A stretch of DNA of 63,626 bases, filler included, from Candidatus Nanoarchaeia archaeon (lineage in GTDB: Archaea; Nanobdellota; Nanobdellia; Woesearchaeales; DATDTY01), in NCBI GenBank assembly GCA_035290625.1. It is 5 parts of 5 records of this genome, joined end to end, with 100 filler letters (N's around TTAATTAATTAA, not from the genome) between each part and the next. Parts side by side here need not be neighbours in the genome. Positions count along the whole stretch, not along the records: positions 1 to 8,535 come from DATDTY010000021.1; positions 8,636 to 35,482 come from DATDTY010000022.1; 3 more parts are not named here. One strand, written 5' to 3'. Positions 1-9,670 of this stretch are shown in pieces. Below the pieces are notes generated by a model, which worked only from the letters and a program-made list of their open reading frames with translations, was not told where the DNA came from and searched no databases. Every line of letters begins with the position of its first letter. Position 1 is the first letter of the stretch. Position numbers and translations under genes: made by a program.

Positions 1-645
1 CCGGAACTTAAAAAATACTTCTTCACACTAGAAAAGCCGCTTGGCTTCACCCCTGGCCAGTTTGTAACAATTCGCTTCAAAGACAATCCTCTGACAAGGT
101 CATTCTCAATAGCGTCAATCCCGGGAGCAGAAGAGCTTGAACTGGCCATCAAGACCGAAGGCGAGTTCACCCAGCGCCTGGAAAAGGCAGGCATTGGAGA
201 GGAATTCATCCTCAAAGGGCCCCTAGGCAGCTTCACAGCAAAGCCTGAGATGAAAAAGATCTGCTTCCTCGCAGGAGGGATCGGCTATACACCATTCAAA
301 TCAATAATCTTCTCAGAGGCAAAGCAGAAAAGCCAAAGGCAGCTTTGCCTGATCTACAGCGCAAGAACCCATAAAGAAATCTGCGACAAAGCAGCATTCG
401 AGCATCTTGCAAAATCATATAATCGCTTCAAGTTCGTGAAATGCGTAACCCGGGAGCCGGAGTTCCATGAGCCTGCGACCTACAACAAGAGAATCGACAA
501 GGAAATCATCAAAACAGAGCTGCCTGAGTACAAGGACTGGTTCTTCTTCATCTGCGGAAAAAAGGAGATGATCGGGCAGATGACAGCTCTCCTTGGCTCC
601 ATCGGAGTTGATGCAGAGCATATCAAGATTGAGAAGTGGAATTGA
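1..645 (+). CDS. FAD/NAD(P)-binding oxidoreductase, ferredoxin-NADP reductase family (5' partial)
   Basis: Frame open from base 1; motifs FTPGQF, RSFSIAS, GEFT, KGPLGSF, AGGIGYTP, FICG and C-terminal EKW. Confidence 0.85.
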   Translation, partial: PELKKYFFTLEKPLGFTPGQFVTIRFKDNPLTRSFSIASIPGAEELELAIKTEGEFTQRLEKAGIGEEFILKGPLGSFTAKPEMKKICFLAGGIGYTPFKSIIFSEAKQKSQRQLCLIYSARTHKEICDKAAFEHLAKSYNRFKFVKCVTREPEFHEPATYNKRIDKEIIKTELPEYKDWFFFICGKKEMIGQMTALLGSIGVDAEHIKIEKWN

Positions 646-696
646 GGCTGCCGCCTCTCAGGTACGTTTAAATAATCCGCTCCGTTCTAGAACCTG

Positions 697-1149
697 ATGG
701 AGCATATCGACTATTTCGAGGGAACGCTTCAGCTGAGGGATGTCACTAAGGCTCACCTTGATTTTGTCCTGGCGCAGACTACAAAAGACAAGAGAGCTAG
801 GATTGCCTCGCTCAAGAAAGTGAAGGGCGGTTATGACCTGCAATTCTCATCAAACAAATACCTCCGCCAGATGGGAAGGCTCCTTGTAGCAAAATACCAG
901 GGCGAACTTAAGGAATCAGTGCGCCTCTTCTCCAGAAACCGGCTGACGCAAAAGGACATCTACCGCCTTACAGTGATGTTCAGGCCGCTCGCATTCAAGA
1001 AAGGAGACGCCATCATATACAAAGGAGAGCACTGCACCATTGTTGCTGTTGGGAGCCACATTCTGGCAAAGCCAATGTCAGGAAGGAAAATCCGGATCAG
1101 GTTCTCAGAGCAGCAGGCTATAAGGCGCGATTCCTGTACTCATCAATAA
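697..1149 (+). CDS. NMD3-related protein (short archaeal form)
   Basis: YFEGTLQLR, GGYDLQFSS and YRLTVMFR resemble the NMD3 C-terminal part. Confidence 0.65.
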   Translation: MEHIDYFEGTLQLRDVTKAHLDFVLAQTTKDKRARIASLKKVKGGYDLQFSSNKYLRQMGRLLVAKYQGELKESVRLFSRNRLTQKDIYRLTVMFRPLAFKKGDAIIYKGEHCTIVAVGSHILAKPMSGRKIRIRFSEQQAIRRDSCTHQ

Positions 1150-2218
1150 TCCTGGCAAAGTTGGGCATAGCATTGACCTCCCGATCAATGCTCGCCTTGT
1201 CGGCTGATGCAAAATGCACATCTTCCGTAAGGCTGAACTTTGCGGCATCCAGGACAGTCATGCCTTCGAGCTTCTTCGGCTTTCTGGCAATAATAAGGAC
1301 ATTCATCTGCCTGAGCCGCTCGATCAGCTCGCTGCTTTGGCTGGCCATATCCTCCACCAGGAGAATGTCCTTTTCCTGTATCTTGAGGAATTCCTTGGCT
1401 TCAAACTCCCTTCGTGTAAGGTTGCTGACCTTCTTCACAAGAACCATTCTGTTCAGCCCTGAGATGAACTCCATCAGCCTTCCAATGTGCTTCCTGCTGT
1501 CCTCGATCTGCCGTTCTTTTTTCCTGATGATCGTTTCAAGCGAGCGTATCCTGGCATCCTTGTATGCGAGAAGGCTGTCCGGAACTGGTTTTCTGATGCG
1601 CCACGTCCTCCTCCTCTTCAGCCGCTGCTCAATCTCTCTCTGATGCTCCTTAAGCAGGCTGTTCTCCCTCTTGAGGGATTCCAAGGCTTTTCGCATATGG
1701 TTGGTCCGTTCAATCCTGATCTCTCTTCCTGCAATGGCCTCAGGCTTTTCAGACAGGCCGGAGAGGCATGCCTCCACATTCTTGTCATCCAGGAGAATCT
1801 GCTCTGCTATGGTCTCAAAGGATTCGATCCTCTCCTGCTTTTCAAGAACAGACCGGATCTTCCGCAGCAGCGGAGAAATATGCTTATAGGCAAACAGGCT
1901 TGAAGCTAGGGCATCGAGCTGGTGCTGCGAGGCAGTCTTAAATCCCCTGCAGAGCTCTCTCTTCTCCAGCACCTTGAGATCTTCCCTTGGCGCGATGATC
2001 TTTGCTCCTGTGCTTGCAGCAAACTTCTCTATGAACTTCGGAATCTGCCGCTTGTCTGTCGCAGCGATGATAGGCTTCCCAAAGGGGATGATGTGCGCTA
2101 TAAGCTTTGGCAGGCTGAGCTCCTTTGATGAGGAAACCTCTATGACCCTTCCCTGCATATCGAGAACAGAGACCCCTACGGTTGTTCCGGGATCAATGCC
2201 AATAAGCAGAGGCTTCAT
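1118..2218 (-). CDS. DUF460 family protein (RNase H-fold N-terminus plus coiled coil)
   Basis: IGIDPGTTVG, IAATDK, HQLDALAS; start taken at ATG 2218 (MKPLLIG). Confidence 0.8.
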   Translation of the reverse strand: MKPLLIGIDPGTTVGVSVLDMQGRVIEVSSSKELSLPKLIAHIIPFGKPIIAATDKRQIPKFIEKFAASTGAKIIAPREDLKVLEKRELCRGFKTASQHQLDALASSLFAYKHISPLLRKIRSVLEKQERIESFETIAEQILLDDKNVEACLSGLSEKPEAIAGREIRIERTNHMRKALESLKRENSLLKEHQREIEQRLKRRRTWRIRKPVPDSLLAYKDARIRSLETIIRKKERQIEDSRKHIGRLMEFISGLNRMVLVKKVSNLTRREFEAKEFLKIQEKDILLVEDMASQSSELIERLRQMNVLIIARKPKKLEGMTVLDAAKFSLTEDVHFASADKASIDREVNAMPNFARIIDEYRNRAL

Positions 2219-2366
2219 CGAGGCTGTCCATCCTTTGGTGATTATTAAGCTTTGCGATTGCGGCGAGGTTGGTTCGAAATTGAAGGTTGCCATCATTCCT
2301 GCCTGCGTTTTCACAAAACCAGACCATCAAAAGGGTTAAATACTACTTGGCGGTCAGGGAGCGGCC

Positions 2367-4025
2367 GTGGACCTTAGTCACTCCAGAGAATATATGCTGC
2401 ATGACCTGAAGGCAGGCTTTGTAACAGCAATCGTTGCCCTGCCGTTGGCTATAGGCTTTGCCTTTGCATCAGGGGTTCCTCCCATCAACGGCATCTATAC
2501 TGCAATTATCGCAGGCATCCTTGGCTCAGCCTTTGGCGGCTCCAGGTTCTCAATCACAGGACCAACAGGAGCGATGGCTGTTGTGATACTCGCAGCAGTC
2601 AATGCCCATGGCTTTGATGGGCTTCTGCTGGCAGGCATTGTTGCTGGCCTTATTCAGCTTATTTTTGGGCTTGCCAGGATAGGCAGCATCATAAAATTCA
2701 TGCCTTTCCCGATTGTTTCAGGATTCACTGCAGGCATCGGGATCATCATTTTTACAGGCCAGATAGCGAATGCGCTGGGGCTTGAAATCCAGGCAAAGGA
2801 GCATGTCTGGCAGATTTTTGGCGGCCTTTGGAATCAGGCAGGTTCTGCGAATGGCGCTGCAATGGTGCTGGCTGGTTTAACGCTGGCGATCCTTGTTTTC
2901 CTTCCCAGGATCCTCGCCAGGCACCATATGCTTCTTCCTCCTTCAATCATTGCTCTTGTGCTCACTACAGGCGCAGTGATGGTGTTCTCGCTTGATGTTC
3001 CTGTGGTTGGAGAGATCCCCAGCGGCCTCCCTTCATTCCATCTGCCAAATTTCAATCTTCAGCTTCTCCGCGATGTTCTTCCCATCGGCTTCACGATAGC
3101 CTTGTTGGGGTCAATAGAATCATTGCTCTGCGCAGTGGTCTGTGATGGCATGACGGGAACAAAGCACAATGCAGACAAGGAGCTTCGGGGCCAGGGAATA
3201 GTCAATGTCGTCCTTCCTTTTTTTGGCGGCATTCCTGCGACAGCAGCAGTTGCCAGGAGCGCAGTAAATATACGGGAAGGCGCCAGGACAAAGTTTGCAG
3301 GCATAATCCATGCAGTTATTATCCTGCTCATCGTGCTTTTGTTTGCACCGCTAGCCAAGCATATACCCAAGGCATTTCTTGCAGGCATCCTGATGTTTGT
3401 TTCAGCGAAAATGATCAATTTCCATGAGATGAAGACGATCTATCACATCAGCGGGGCAGAATTCCTTGTCCTATTGGCTACGCTTGGATTTACGGTGTTT
3501 ACCGACCTTGTCTTTGCGGTCCAGATGGGAATCCTTTTTGCCGTATTTCTTGTATTCCTCAAGCTCACCAGCATTGCCGATATCAAGTATATCGAAGAGC
3601 ACAACGACAGGATCTACGAGTTCAACAGCATCCTTGAGAAAAACAATGTGCTCAAAAGCGCAGTTGCTGTCTATACGGTGCACGGGCCCTTCTTCTTTGG
3701 AGCTATGAACGTCTTTGAGCGCAAGGTGGATGAGCACATGGCAATGAAGAAGCCGGTTGTCGTGCTGCGCATGAAGCACGTTCCATTCATTGACAGCACT
3801 GCTGTTGTGAGGCTCAACGATTTTATTGCTGCCAGGCACAAGCAAAAAAAGAAGGTCCTTATCAGCGGGCTCCAGCCTGGAGTCAAAGAGGCGCTCATGA
3901 GCAATCCCGCCTTTCGCAAACTCATGCCTGATGACCACATCTTCGAGAGAACCTCTGACGCCTTGGCCTCAGTTGAGCATCGCATTACCGGCTGGATCCT
4001 GGAAGATGGCAAATTTGATGTTTAG
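2367..4025 (+). CDS. sulP: SulP/SLC26 anion permease with STAS domain
   Basis: DLKAG..ALPLAIGFA, GPTGAM, many TM helices, STAS motifs GPFFFG and FIDSTA. Confidence 0.92.
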   Translation: MDLSHSREYMLHDLKAGFVTAIVALPLAIGFAFASGVPPINGIYTAIIAGILGSAFGGSRFSITGPTGAMAVVILAAVNAHGFDGLLLAGIVAGLIQLIFGLARIGSIIKFMPFPIVSGFTAGIGIIIFTGQIANALGLEIQAKEHVWQIFGGLWNQAGSANGAAMVLAGLTLAILVFLPRILARHHMLLPPSIIALVLTTGAVMVFSLDVPVVGEIPSGLPSFHLPNFNLQLLRDVLPIGFTIALLGSIESLLCAVVCDGMTGTKHNADKELRGQGIVNVVLPFFGGIPATAAVARSAVNIREGARTKFAGIIHAVIILLIVLLFAPLAKHIPKAFLAGILMFVSAKMINFHEMKTIYHISGAEFLVLLATLGFTVFTDLVFAVQMGILFAVFLVFLKLTSIADIKYIEEHNDRIYEFNSILEKNNVLKSAVAVYTVHGPFFFGAMNVFERKVDEHMAMKKPVVVLRMKHVPFIDSTAVVRLNDFIAARHKQKKKVLISGLQPGVKEALMSNPAFRKLMPDDHIFERTSDALASVEHRITGWILEDGKFDV

Positions 4026-4101
4026 GGTGCAAGGTTCAGCCCATGCGATTCGTAAGATTTAAATATCTTGCTTCAAAAGCTCAATATCAGGAGGTGAACG
4101 T

Positions 4102-5373
4102 ATGAAAGTATACGTTGTTTGGTTTGCGCTTATAATGCTTGCAGCATCTATCTTAGTCGTAGGAGCAGAGGATGGCATTCAGGATGTACAAGGGGCTGGC
4201 GATGCTGATGCATTGCAGGACGGCCTTCAAGAGGGGGCATCTGATCTAGAAGATGAAGACGATCTGGAAGAAGAGCTCCAGGAGTATGAAATTGAGGAGA
4301 ACGTTACGCCAACTCAGGTTGCCGATGACATTGAAGATGACGTATCCACAGACGCAGAGCTGGCATCTGAGGCAGGGCTGACTTCAGAAGAGCTTTCCGA
4401 CGCCCAGGAGGCTGGGGCCAGGATTGGCCTGAAGCAGTATATCCTGAACATCCAGCTGGCAAAGAAGATCATGCGCCATGATGTGATTGCCACTGCCATC
4501 ATTGATTTTCTGAAGGAAAATGGCAAAGACACATCTCCTCTCGAAACCCTCAAGAGCCAGATTCTCAGCCTTCGCGCCATAGACGAGCAGAGGCTTACAG
4601 GAAGAGAGTTTGCTGAGCGTGTAACACAGCTCAGGCGCTTGTCAAATTCATTTAAGGAAGAAGTGAGGAGGCTTACTCCAGAAGACCTTACCCAAGACCT
4701 TAAAGATGCAGTTCATGCTGCCCTGGAATCGAAGAAAGAGGAGCTGAAGGATGCTGCCGAGGAAAAGATTCGCCAGTTCCATAATATGAAAGCCCAGCAG
4801 AAAGAATTCAGAAAGCTTGCAAAGCATCTGCGCACTGTCCAGGAAGAAGGCGTAAAAATGGAAGCTGTGAAGGAGCGTTATGATGCTTTGAAATCCCTCC
4901 AGGAAAAATACCTTGGCCAGAACGCAACAAAGGAAAACGCTGCAAAATTCCGTGAGGAATGGAAAACCTATCTTGAGTCGCTCAAGGCAGAGCGTGAGGA
5001 GGCGCGGCTGACTGCCCAACGCGCAAATTCCTATATGCGGGTAAAAGAGGTAAGGGAGGTGCTGGCAGATGCTGAAGCTGAAGGAGAGAGCACAGCAGAG
5101 CTTCAGGAAAAGCATGCAGTGCTGCTCCGCGAACTGAAGCAGGCGCAAAACTCCAAAGACCTTAACGAACTGAAGAGGATAGCCAAAGCCTCGCATGATC
5201 TTGCCGAGGATAAGCGCCTTGATCGGCGCATGCAGGATGTGCGGGCAAAGAAGGCAGCCATGCCCAGGCAAGTTGCCAAGGCAAGAGTTGCCAATAGAGA
5301 GTCTATGAAATCAGGCAGTGCTGAAAACCGCATGGACAAATCAACGGAATCTGAATCAACGAGGATGAGGTGA
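4102..5373 (+). CDS. Secreted acidic/coiled-coil hypothetical protein
   Basis: RBS GGAGGTG, N-terminal signal peptide, D/E-rich region then heptad-rich helices. Confidence 0.7.
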   Translation: MKVYVVWFALIMLAASILVVGAEDGIQDVQGAGDADALQDGLQEGASDLEDEDDLEEELQEYEIEENVTPTQVADDIEDDVSTDAELASEAGLTSEELSDAQEAGARIGLKQYILNIQLAKKIMRHDVIATAIIDFLKENGKDTSPLETLKSQILSLRAIDEQRLTGREFAERVTQLRRLSNSFKEEVRRLTPEDLTQDLKDAVHAALESKKEELKDAAEEKIRQFHNMKAQQKEFRKLAKHLRTVQEEGVKMEAVKERYDALKSLQEKYLGQNATKENAAKFREEWKTYLESLKAEREEARLTAQRANSYMRVKEVREVLADAEAEGESTAELQEKHAVLLRELKQAQNSKDLNELKRIAKASHDLAEDKRLDRRMQDVRAKKAAMPRQVAKARVANRESMKSGSAENRMDKSTESESTRMR

Positions 5374-5561
5374 GCACGATGAAAATTGCAATCGCACTAT
5401 TGCTAGTATCCCTGATTATGCTATCAGGCTGCGCGGAGCCCCAGGCAGCGGCATCAAAGCCTATTCAGCAGCCTTCGCAGGAAGCTCCTCAGGCAGAGGA
5501 TGCCTCAGAAGCAATTGATGTCGTGTCTTCTGACGAAGTGGATATTGGAGAGCTCTATTAG
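5370..5561 (+). CDS. Small lipoprotein
   Basis: Hydrophobic stretch and lipobox LSGC; coupled to upstream gene. Confidence 0.6.
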   Translation: MSTMKIAIALLLVSLIMLSGCAEPQAAASKPIQQPSQEAPQAEDASEAIDVVSSDEVDIGELY

Positions 5562-5569
5562 CGAAGGCA

Positions 5570-6541
5570 TTAGCAGAAGCATTTCGCGGCAATCAATGGG
5601 AATAAGATAGTGGCATCTCCAACAACCTTCACAGAATCCTCCTTCTTTGCAATCTTGCCCCAGGACACTGCCTCATCAGGCTGTGCTCCTGAATCAGAGC
5701 CGTCATATTCCTGGCTGGTGTTGATGTACACAGCATAGTCTGCTCCATTCCTCATCATGTTGGTGTTGCAGATATGATGCTTGACCATGCCTGCTCCGAG
5801 AATGATGATGCCCGTCTTCTTTGCTTCCATGGTGAGGTCATTTAATCTTTTTATGTCATTGGCAATATCTATAAGGAAATCCGGGTCCTTGCATTTAAAA
5901 AAATAGATCATATCCCCCATTGATCCGTCTGTTAACGCCGGACAGAAAACAGGGATGCTGTTTTTTTGGCACCAGTAATAGATCGATCTCTCATTGTTTA
6001 TTTCCTTGCCTAATCTTGCGATAATCTCTGAAGGGGTGAATATCTTTTTTGGATCATCTTGCTCTTTGTGCAGTTTCTCTAAGAATGGGATGAAAAAGTT
6101 CTCAAAGTCTCCGTATCTGTTGTTTGGGACAAGGATATTGCCAGTCCGGTTGATGCCTTTTTCCCTCAGCTCCTTGCCTTCATGTTCAAAATCGCCCAGG
6201 ATAAAGTCTCCCAGGCATTTGATGATATCTTCCTCTATGCCTCCGGCAGTCGTAACAATGATATCCACAAGCCTGTGCTTTGCAAGGTAGCAGAACACAT
6301 CCCTCAACCCTGAAGAGACCATGTTTGATGTGTAGCCTAAATAGATCGTGCACTTCTCTTTCCTCATCTTGTTTATGATCTGGATTGCCTTTGACAGATG
6401 CGTAGCCTGGAAGCCTGTTGTTGCGAACGAGTCTATGATCTTGTCATAGTCCACCCCTTTATCAAAGTCATAGCCTCTGATGGCTGTGCCTGTTATTTCC
6501 TTGCTTTTTCTCAAGACGTTCTTATGGGCTTTGGATTCCAT
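5570..6541 (-). CDS. dys: Deoxyhypusine synthase (archaeal/eukaryotic type)
   Basis: GYTSNMVSSGLR, TTAGGIEED, YDGSDSGAQPDEAVSWGK with the catalytic Lys, DATI. Confidence 0.95.
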   Translation of the reverse strand: MESKAHKNVLRKSKEITGTAIRGYDFDKGVDYDKIIDSFATTGFQATHLSKAIQIINKMRKEKCTIYLGYTSNMVSSGLRDVFCYLAKHRLVDIIVTTAGGIEEDIIKCLGDFILGDFEHEGKELREKGINRTGNILVPNNRYGDFENFFIPFLEKLHKEQDDPKKIFTPSEIIARLGKEINNERSIYYWCQKNSIPVFCPALTDGSMGDMIYFFKCKDPDFLIDIANDIKRLNDLTMEAKKTGIIILGAGMVKHHICNTNMMRNGADYAVYINTSQEYDGSDSGAQPDEAVSWGKIAKKEDSVKVVGDATILFPLIAAKCFC

Positions 6542-6809
6542 AGAGGGAAGAAACAGAGGCTATTTTATAAGGATTTAGGTCAAATCCGCTAAATATCTGC
6601 CCATATCCGAACTTGTAAATGTCTCATTATTTACCAGTTTCTTAATCAAATACTTAGCACTATGAGCATCAGGCAATCCAACGTGAGAACCAAGCTTCCA
6701 AACGTCTTCTCCATTATTAGCTTTCATCCGATCCCTTTCAGCATTTGCTTATTTAATCACTCCGAAAACCAAAAGGCTTATATATTACTATGCATTACAA
6801 TGTAATACA

Positions 6810-7076
6810 ATGGAGACCGTCTCAGTCAGATTTGAAAAGAGATTCCTGCAGGACATGGAGCAGGTGATGAAAAGCCATAGGTACGCGACAAAAACAGAGT
6901 TCATACGCGAAGCTGTGAGAGAAAAGATCAGGGATCTGGAGACGCAGCACGCTCTGCAGAGGCTGGAAAGGGCGTATGGCTCAGGTAAAAAAGACAAAAA
7001 GATCACTGATGAGGATATCCACCGAGCAGGAGAAGAAGCATTTAAAGAGATTGCCAAGAAATTAGGCGTTGAGTAG
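6810..7076 (+). CDS. CopG/RHH antitoxin-like protein
   Basis: TVSVRFE..YATKTEFIREAVREK; TATA-like CTTATATA ~25 bp upstream; palindrome ATTACA-A-TGTAAT at 6794-6806. Confidence 0.8.
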   Translation: METVSVRFEKRFLQDMEQVMKSHRYATKTEFIREAVREKIRDLETQHALQRLERAYGSGKKDKKITDEDIHRAGEEAFKEIAKKLGVE

Positions 7077-7481
7077 ATTTTCAGGGAGTTTTGCTTTTGT
7101 TATATCTCTCAGCCTGTCGAAATGCCTATCTCTGGACACAAGCTGAGTTCCATGGTTACGGGCAATCACTGCATGAAGGGCATCACGCATAGGTACATCC
7201 CTTTGCATGGCTAATCGTTTTGCCTCTTCAATCTCTCTTTTGGTTGCAGAAGTGCGTTTTATATTGTCGGGCTTTGCTATGGACAATAACTGATGAATCT
7301 CATGTTCCTGCAAGCCAAGCTTCTTGAACTCAGTCACAACACTATCAGAGTAGAGAACAAGATGATTCCCTAAAATGATTTTTTCCATGAGTTTTTTAGC
7401 TGCTTCTCCATTATGCCCTCTTTTAAGATGGATATCTATCCATATGGACGTATCAAGGTAGTAGATGTTTTGCATCGGCAC
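7062..7481 (-). CDS. PIN-domain (VapC-like) ribonuclease
   Basis: YYLDTSIWID, conserved E, DALHAVIA, LVSRDRHF. Confidence 0.88.
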   Translation of the reverse strand: MPMQNIYYLDTSIWIDIHLKRGHNGEAAKKLMEKIILGNHLVLYSDSVVTEFKKLGLQEHEIHQLLSIAKPDNIKRTSATKREIEEAKRLAMQRDVPMRDALHAVIARNHGTQLVSRDRHFDRLRDITKAKLPENLLNA

Positions 7482-7522
7482 CTGTTGTAAGCATAGTTTA
7501 ATGCCCCTTTATATCTAAAGGA

Positions 7523-8347
7523 TTATAAGTGTTTAGGTGGCCTGCTGTCTGATCTCTCTGTTTTATTGAGGTTCTGGAAGAAGGTGGGCTCGTCATTTCT
7601 GTCAAGATTGGAGAGCCTATTATCAATCTCTCTCTGCCCGTATCCATTGCTTTGCCCATGATCCTGTGTTGTTTGGATTGAGTCGCCTTCCTCATAGTTT
7701 TCTCTGTGAACTGGACTTTTGTCTTCAACCCCTTTCCTTTTATTCCTCCACCATTCAAAGATAATCGGAAGGAACGACAAAAAGATGACGATAATAACAA
7801 CGATATCGATGTTCTTGTCTATGCCGGGTATCCTGCCGAGATAATAGCCAATAAGCGACATCGAGGCTACCCAGAGGATTCCACCGAAGATATTGAACGA
7901 GACAAACCGCTTATAATCCATGCTTGCAGCTCCTGCAACAACCGGAGCAAAGGTGCGTATGATCGGAACGAATCGCGCAAGGATGATTGTCTTCCCTCCA
8001 TGCCTGATATAGAACTGCTCTGCCTTCTTGAGATGGGATTTCTTGAAGAATCGTGAATCCTCTTTCTTGTAGATTGCAGGGCCTGCAGTCTTTCCAATCC
8101 AGTAGCCGGTTGAGTCTCCAAGAATTGCGGCAATGCTCAGCACGACAATAAGCCAGAAAACGCTCAGATCTCCCTTTGCTGCAAAGAGGCCTGCTGTAAC
8201 CAACAAAGAATCTCCCGGCAGGAAGAAGCCGACCATCAAGCCAGTCTCTGCGAAGATGATGACAAAGAGGATAAACATTCCTCCATATGCTATTAAGGTT
8301 GGAACATCATAGATGATGTGTATCCATTCACGGATTGCAGTGAGCAT
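7523..8347 (-). CDS. DedA/VTT family membrane protein with hydrophilic C-terminal tail
   Basis: FAETGLMVGFFLPGDSLL, ARFVPIIRTFAP; start at ATG 8347 (longer ORF runs into a MITE). Confidence 0.9.
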   Translation of the reverse strand: MLTAIREWIHIIYDVPTLIAYGGMFILFVIIFAETGLMVGFFLPGDSLLVTAGLFAAKGDLSVFWLIVVLSIAAILGDSTGYWIGKTAGPAIYKKEDSRFFKKSHLKKAEQFYIRHGGKTIILARFVPIIRTFAPVVAGAASMDYKRFVSFNIFGGILWVASMSLIGYYLGRIPGIDKNIDIVVIIVIFLSFLPIIFEWWRNKRKGVEDKSPVHRENYEEGDSIQTTQDHGQSNGYGQREIDNRLSNLDRNDEPTFFQNLNKTERSDSRPPKHL

Positions 8348-8391
8348 TAAGGATGGACTTGAGAAGAGGTATAAAAAGGATATGGTTCCCT

Positions 8392-8535
8392 GGTCGCATT
8401 GAAAAGTTGCTCGCTTCGCTCGGCAGCGCCAGGTTCGCCATGCGCAAGTCAGGCAGAATAGCGACATTCTCCGAGGGAGGCGACCCTCTTGTCGCTGTGC
8501 CGCCGCTCCGTTATAATGGCTTACAAGAGGGCGCT
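8392..8535 (-). mobile_element. MITE family A copy 1 (truncated by contig end)
   Basis: TIR GGTCGCATTGAAAAGT; reverse-complement similar to 9507-9670. Confidence 0.8.
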
Positions 8536-8635
8536 NNNNNNNNNNNNNNNNNNNNNNNNNNNNNNNNNNNNNNNNNNNNTTAATTAATTAANNNNNNNNN
8601 NNNNNNNNNNNNNNNNNNNNNNNNNNNNNNNNNNN
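8536..8635. other. Artificial contig linker
   Basis: N-run with central TTAATTAATTAA (stops in all six frames). Confidence 0.97.
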
Positions 8636-8636
8636 C

Positions 8637-8822
8637 AGAGTCAACAGGCCACAAACCAACGGCAAAGTAGAACGCTTCTTCCTCAGCTACAAGACAGAAT
8701 ACGCAACAGGATCATTCGCTAATCTTGCTGACTATATCAGGCATCATAATGAGGCACGGCCTCATATGAGCCTGAAATTCAAGACTCCAAGAGAAGTATG
8801 GAATGAACTAAAGCGGAAGTAG
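8637..8822 (+). mobile_element. IS481-family transposase C-terminal fragment
   Basis: Translates RVNRPQTNGKVERFFLSYKTEY...HHNEARPHMSLKFKTPREVW; 14-bp direct repeat CGGAAGTAGTTTCG at 8814 and 8832. Confidence 0.8.
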
Positions 8823-8876
8823 TTTCGTGACCGGAAGTAGTTTCGGGATAATAGAGTGGGGAAACTGGATTAGAGT

Positions 8877-9169
8877 TTATTGATTTTTGGTACTTTGACA
8901 GCAGACTTTTTGCAATAGGGCGCAGTCCTTAAAGCTCCCAGGAACTACGGTCATCGCCCCGTACAGCCCCCCTTGCATTCATAGCGCGTTGTTTCTCGGT
9001 TCTCTGCCTGAGTATTCAAGGCAAGGCACGATTCTCCGATTGTGGTCTGTGTGCCTGTCGTAAAATTGCCAATCCTTCCTGTAAAAATGAGAATAAGAAC
9101 AACAAGGACTACCAGCACCAACGCTGCTATGACGATTGCATTGAGCGGAAGCCCCTGAGCTTTTTTTAT
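8877..9169 (-). pseudogene. Pilin paralog lacking ATG (ATA instead), with a 1-bp frameshift
   Basis: IKKAQGLPLNAIVIAALVLVVLVVLILIFTGRIG almost identical to upstream pilin; stops at 8951, but +1 nt in the G-run restores ...DCALLQKVCCQSTKNQ* (8877). Confidence 0.7.
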
Positions 9170-9193
9170 CGTTGTTTGTAATCTAATGATCCC

Positions 9194-9439
9194 TTATCCA
9201 GTTGGAGTTGGGATGCAACAAGCAGGAGTAGAGACAGCGCAGCTTGTTTGGCCTCCGAGAGGCGCTTCTTTTGGGTCGCAAGATGCCTTGCAACTCCCTC
9301 CTTGGGCTCCACAATTCTGAACTCCGCCTACAAAACTTCCGATCCTTCCTGTAAAGACAAGTATCAAAACAACCAAGACTATCAAGACTAATGCTGCTAT
9401 GACGATTGCGTTCAATGGCAAGCCTTGAGCTTTTTTCAT
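9194..9439 (-). CDS. Small type IV pilin-like protein (class III signal peptide, Cys-rich C-terminus)
   Basis: MKKA/QGLPLNAIVIAAL; RBS GAGGTG; TATA TTTATATA at 9485-9492. Confidence 0.85.
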   Translation of the reverse strand: MKKAQGLPLNAIVIAALVLIVLVVLILVFTGRIGSFVGGVQNCGAQGGSCKASCDPKEAPLGGQTSCAVSTPACCIPTPTG

Positions 9440-9506
9440 GAAAACACCTCTTATTGATTGGATATTCCCTATTAGGTTATGTTGTATATAAAGGTTTCTG
9501 TGGGCT

Positions 9507-9670
9507 GGTCGCATTGAAAAGTCATGCAGCGCCCTCTCGTGAGCCACCTTAAAATAAGACAGCAGAGCGACAAGGGGGTTGTCCCATTCGGGGAATGTCG
9601 CTATTCTGCTTGGCTTGCGCAGGGCGAACCCGACGCTGCCGAGCGAAGCGAGCAACTTTTCAATGCAACC
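9507..9670 (+). mobile_element. MITE family A copy 2 (complete, 164 bp)
   Basis: 16-bp TIR GGT(C/T)GCATTGAAAAGT; 8-bp target duplication TGTGGGCT at 9499-9506 and 9671-9678. Confidence 0.9.

Noticed and set aside
1161..1643. Long antisense shadow ORFs (also 3059-3418, 35952-36353 and many inside the giant gene)
   Set aside because: No family motifs, RBS or promoter; expected by-products of coding on the other strand, unlike the nested TA genes
6577..6727. ~50-codon minus-strand ORF upstream of dys (coordinates approximate)
   Set aside because: No recognisable motif or RBS; cannot be supported
8536..8635. TTAATTAATTAA motif repeated four times within N runs
   Set aside because: Identical 100-bp artificial linkers; ORF ends at these sites and cross-gap neighbourhoods are artefacts
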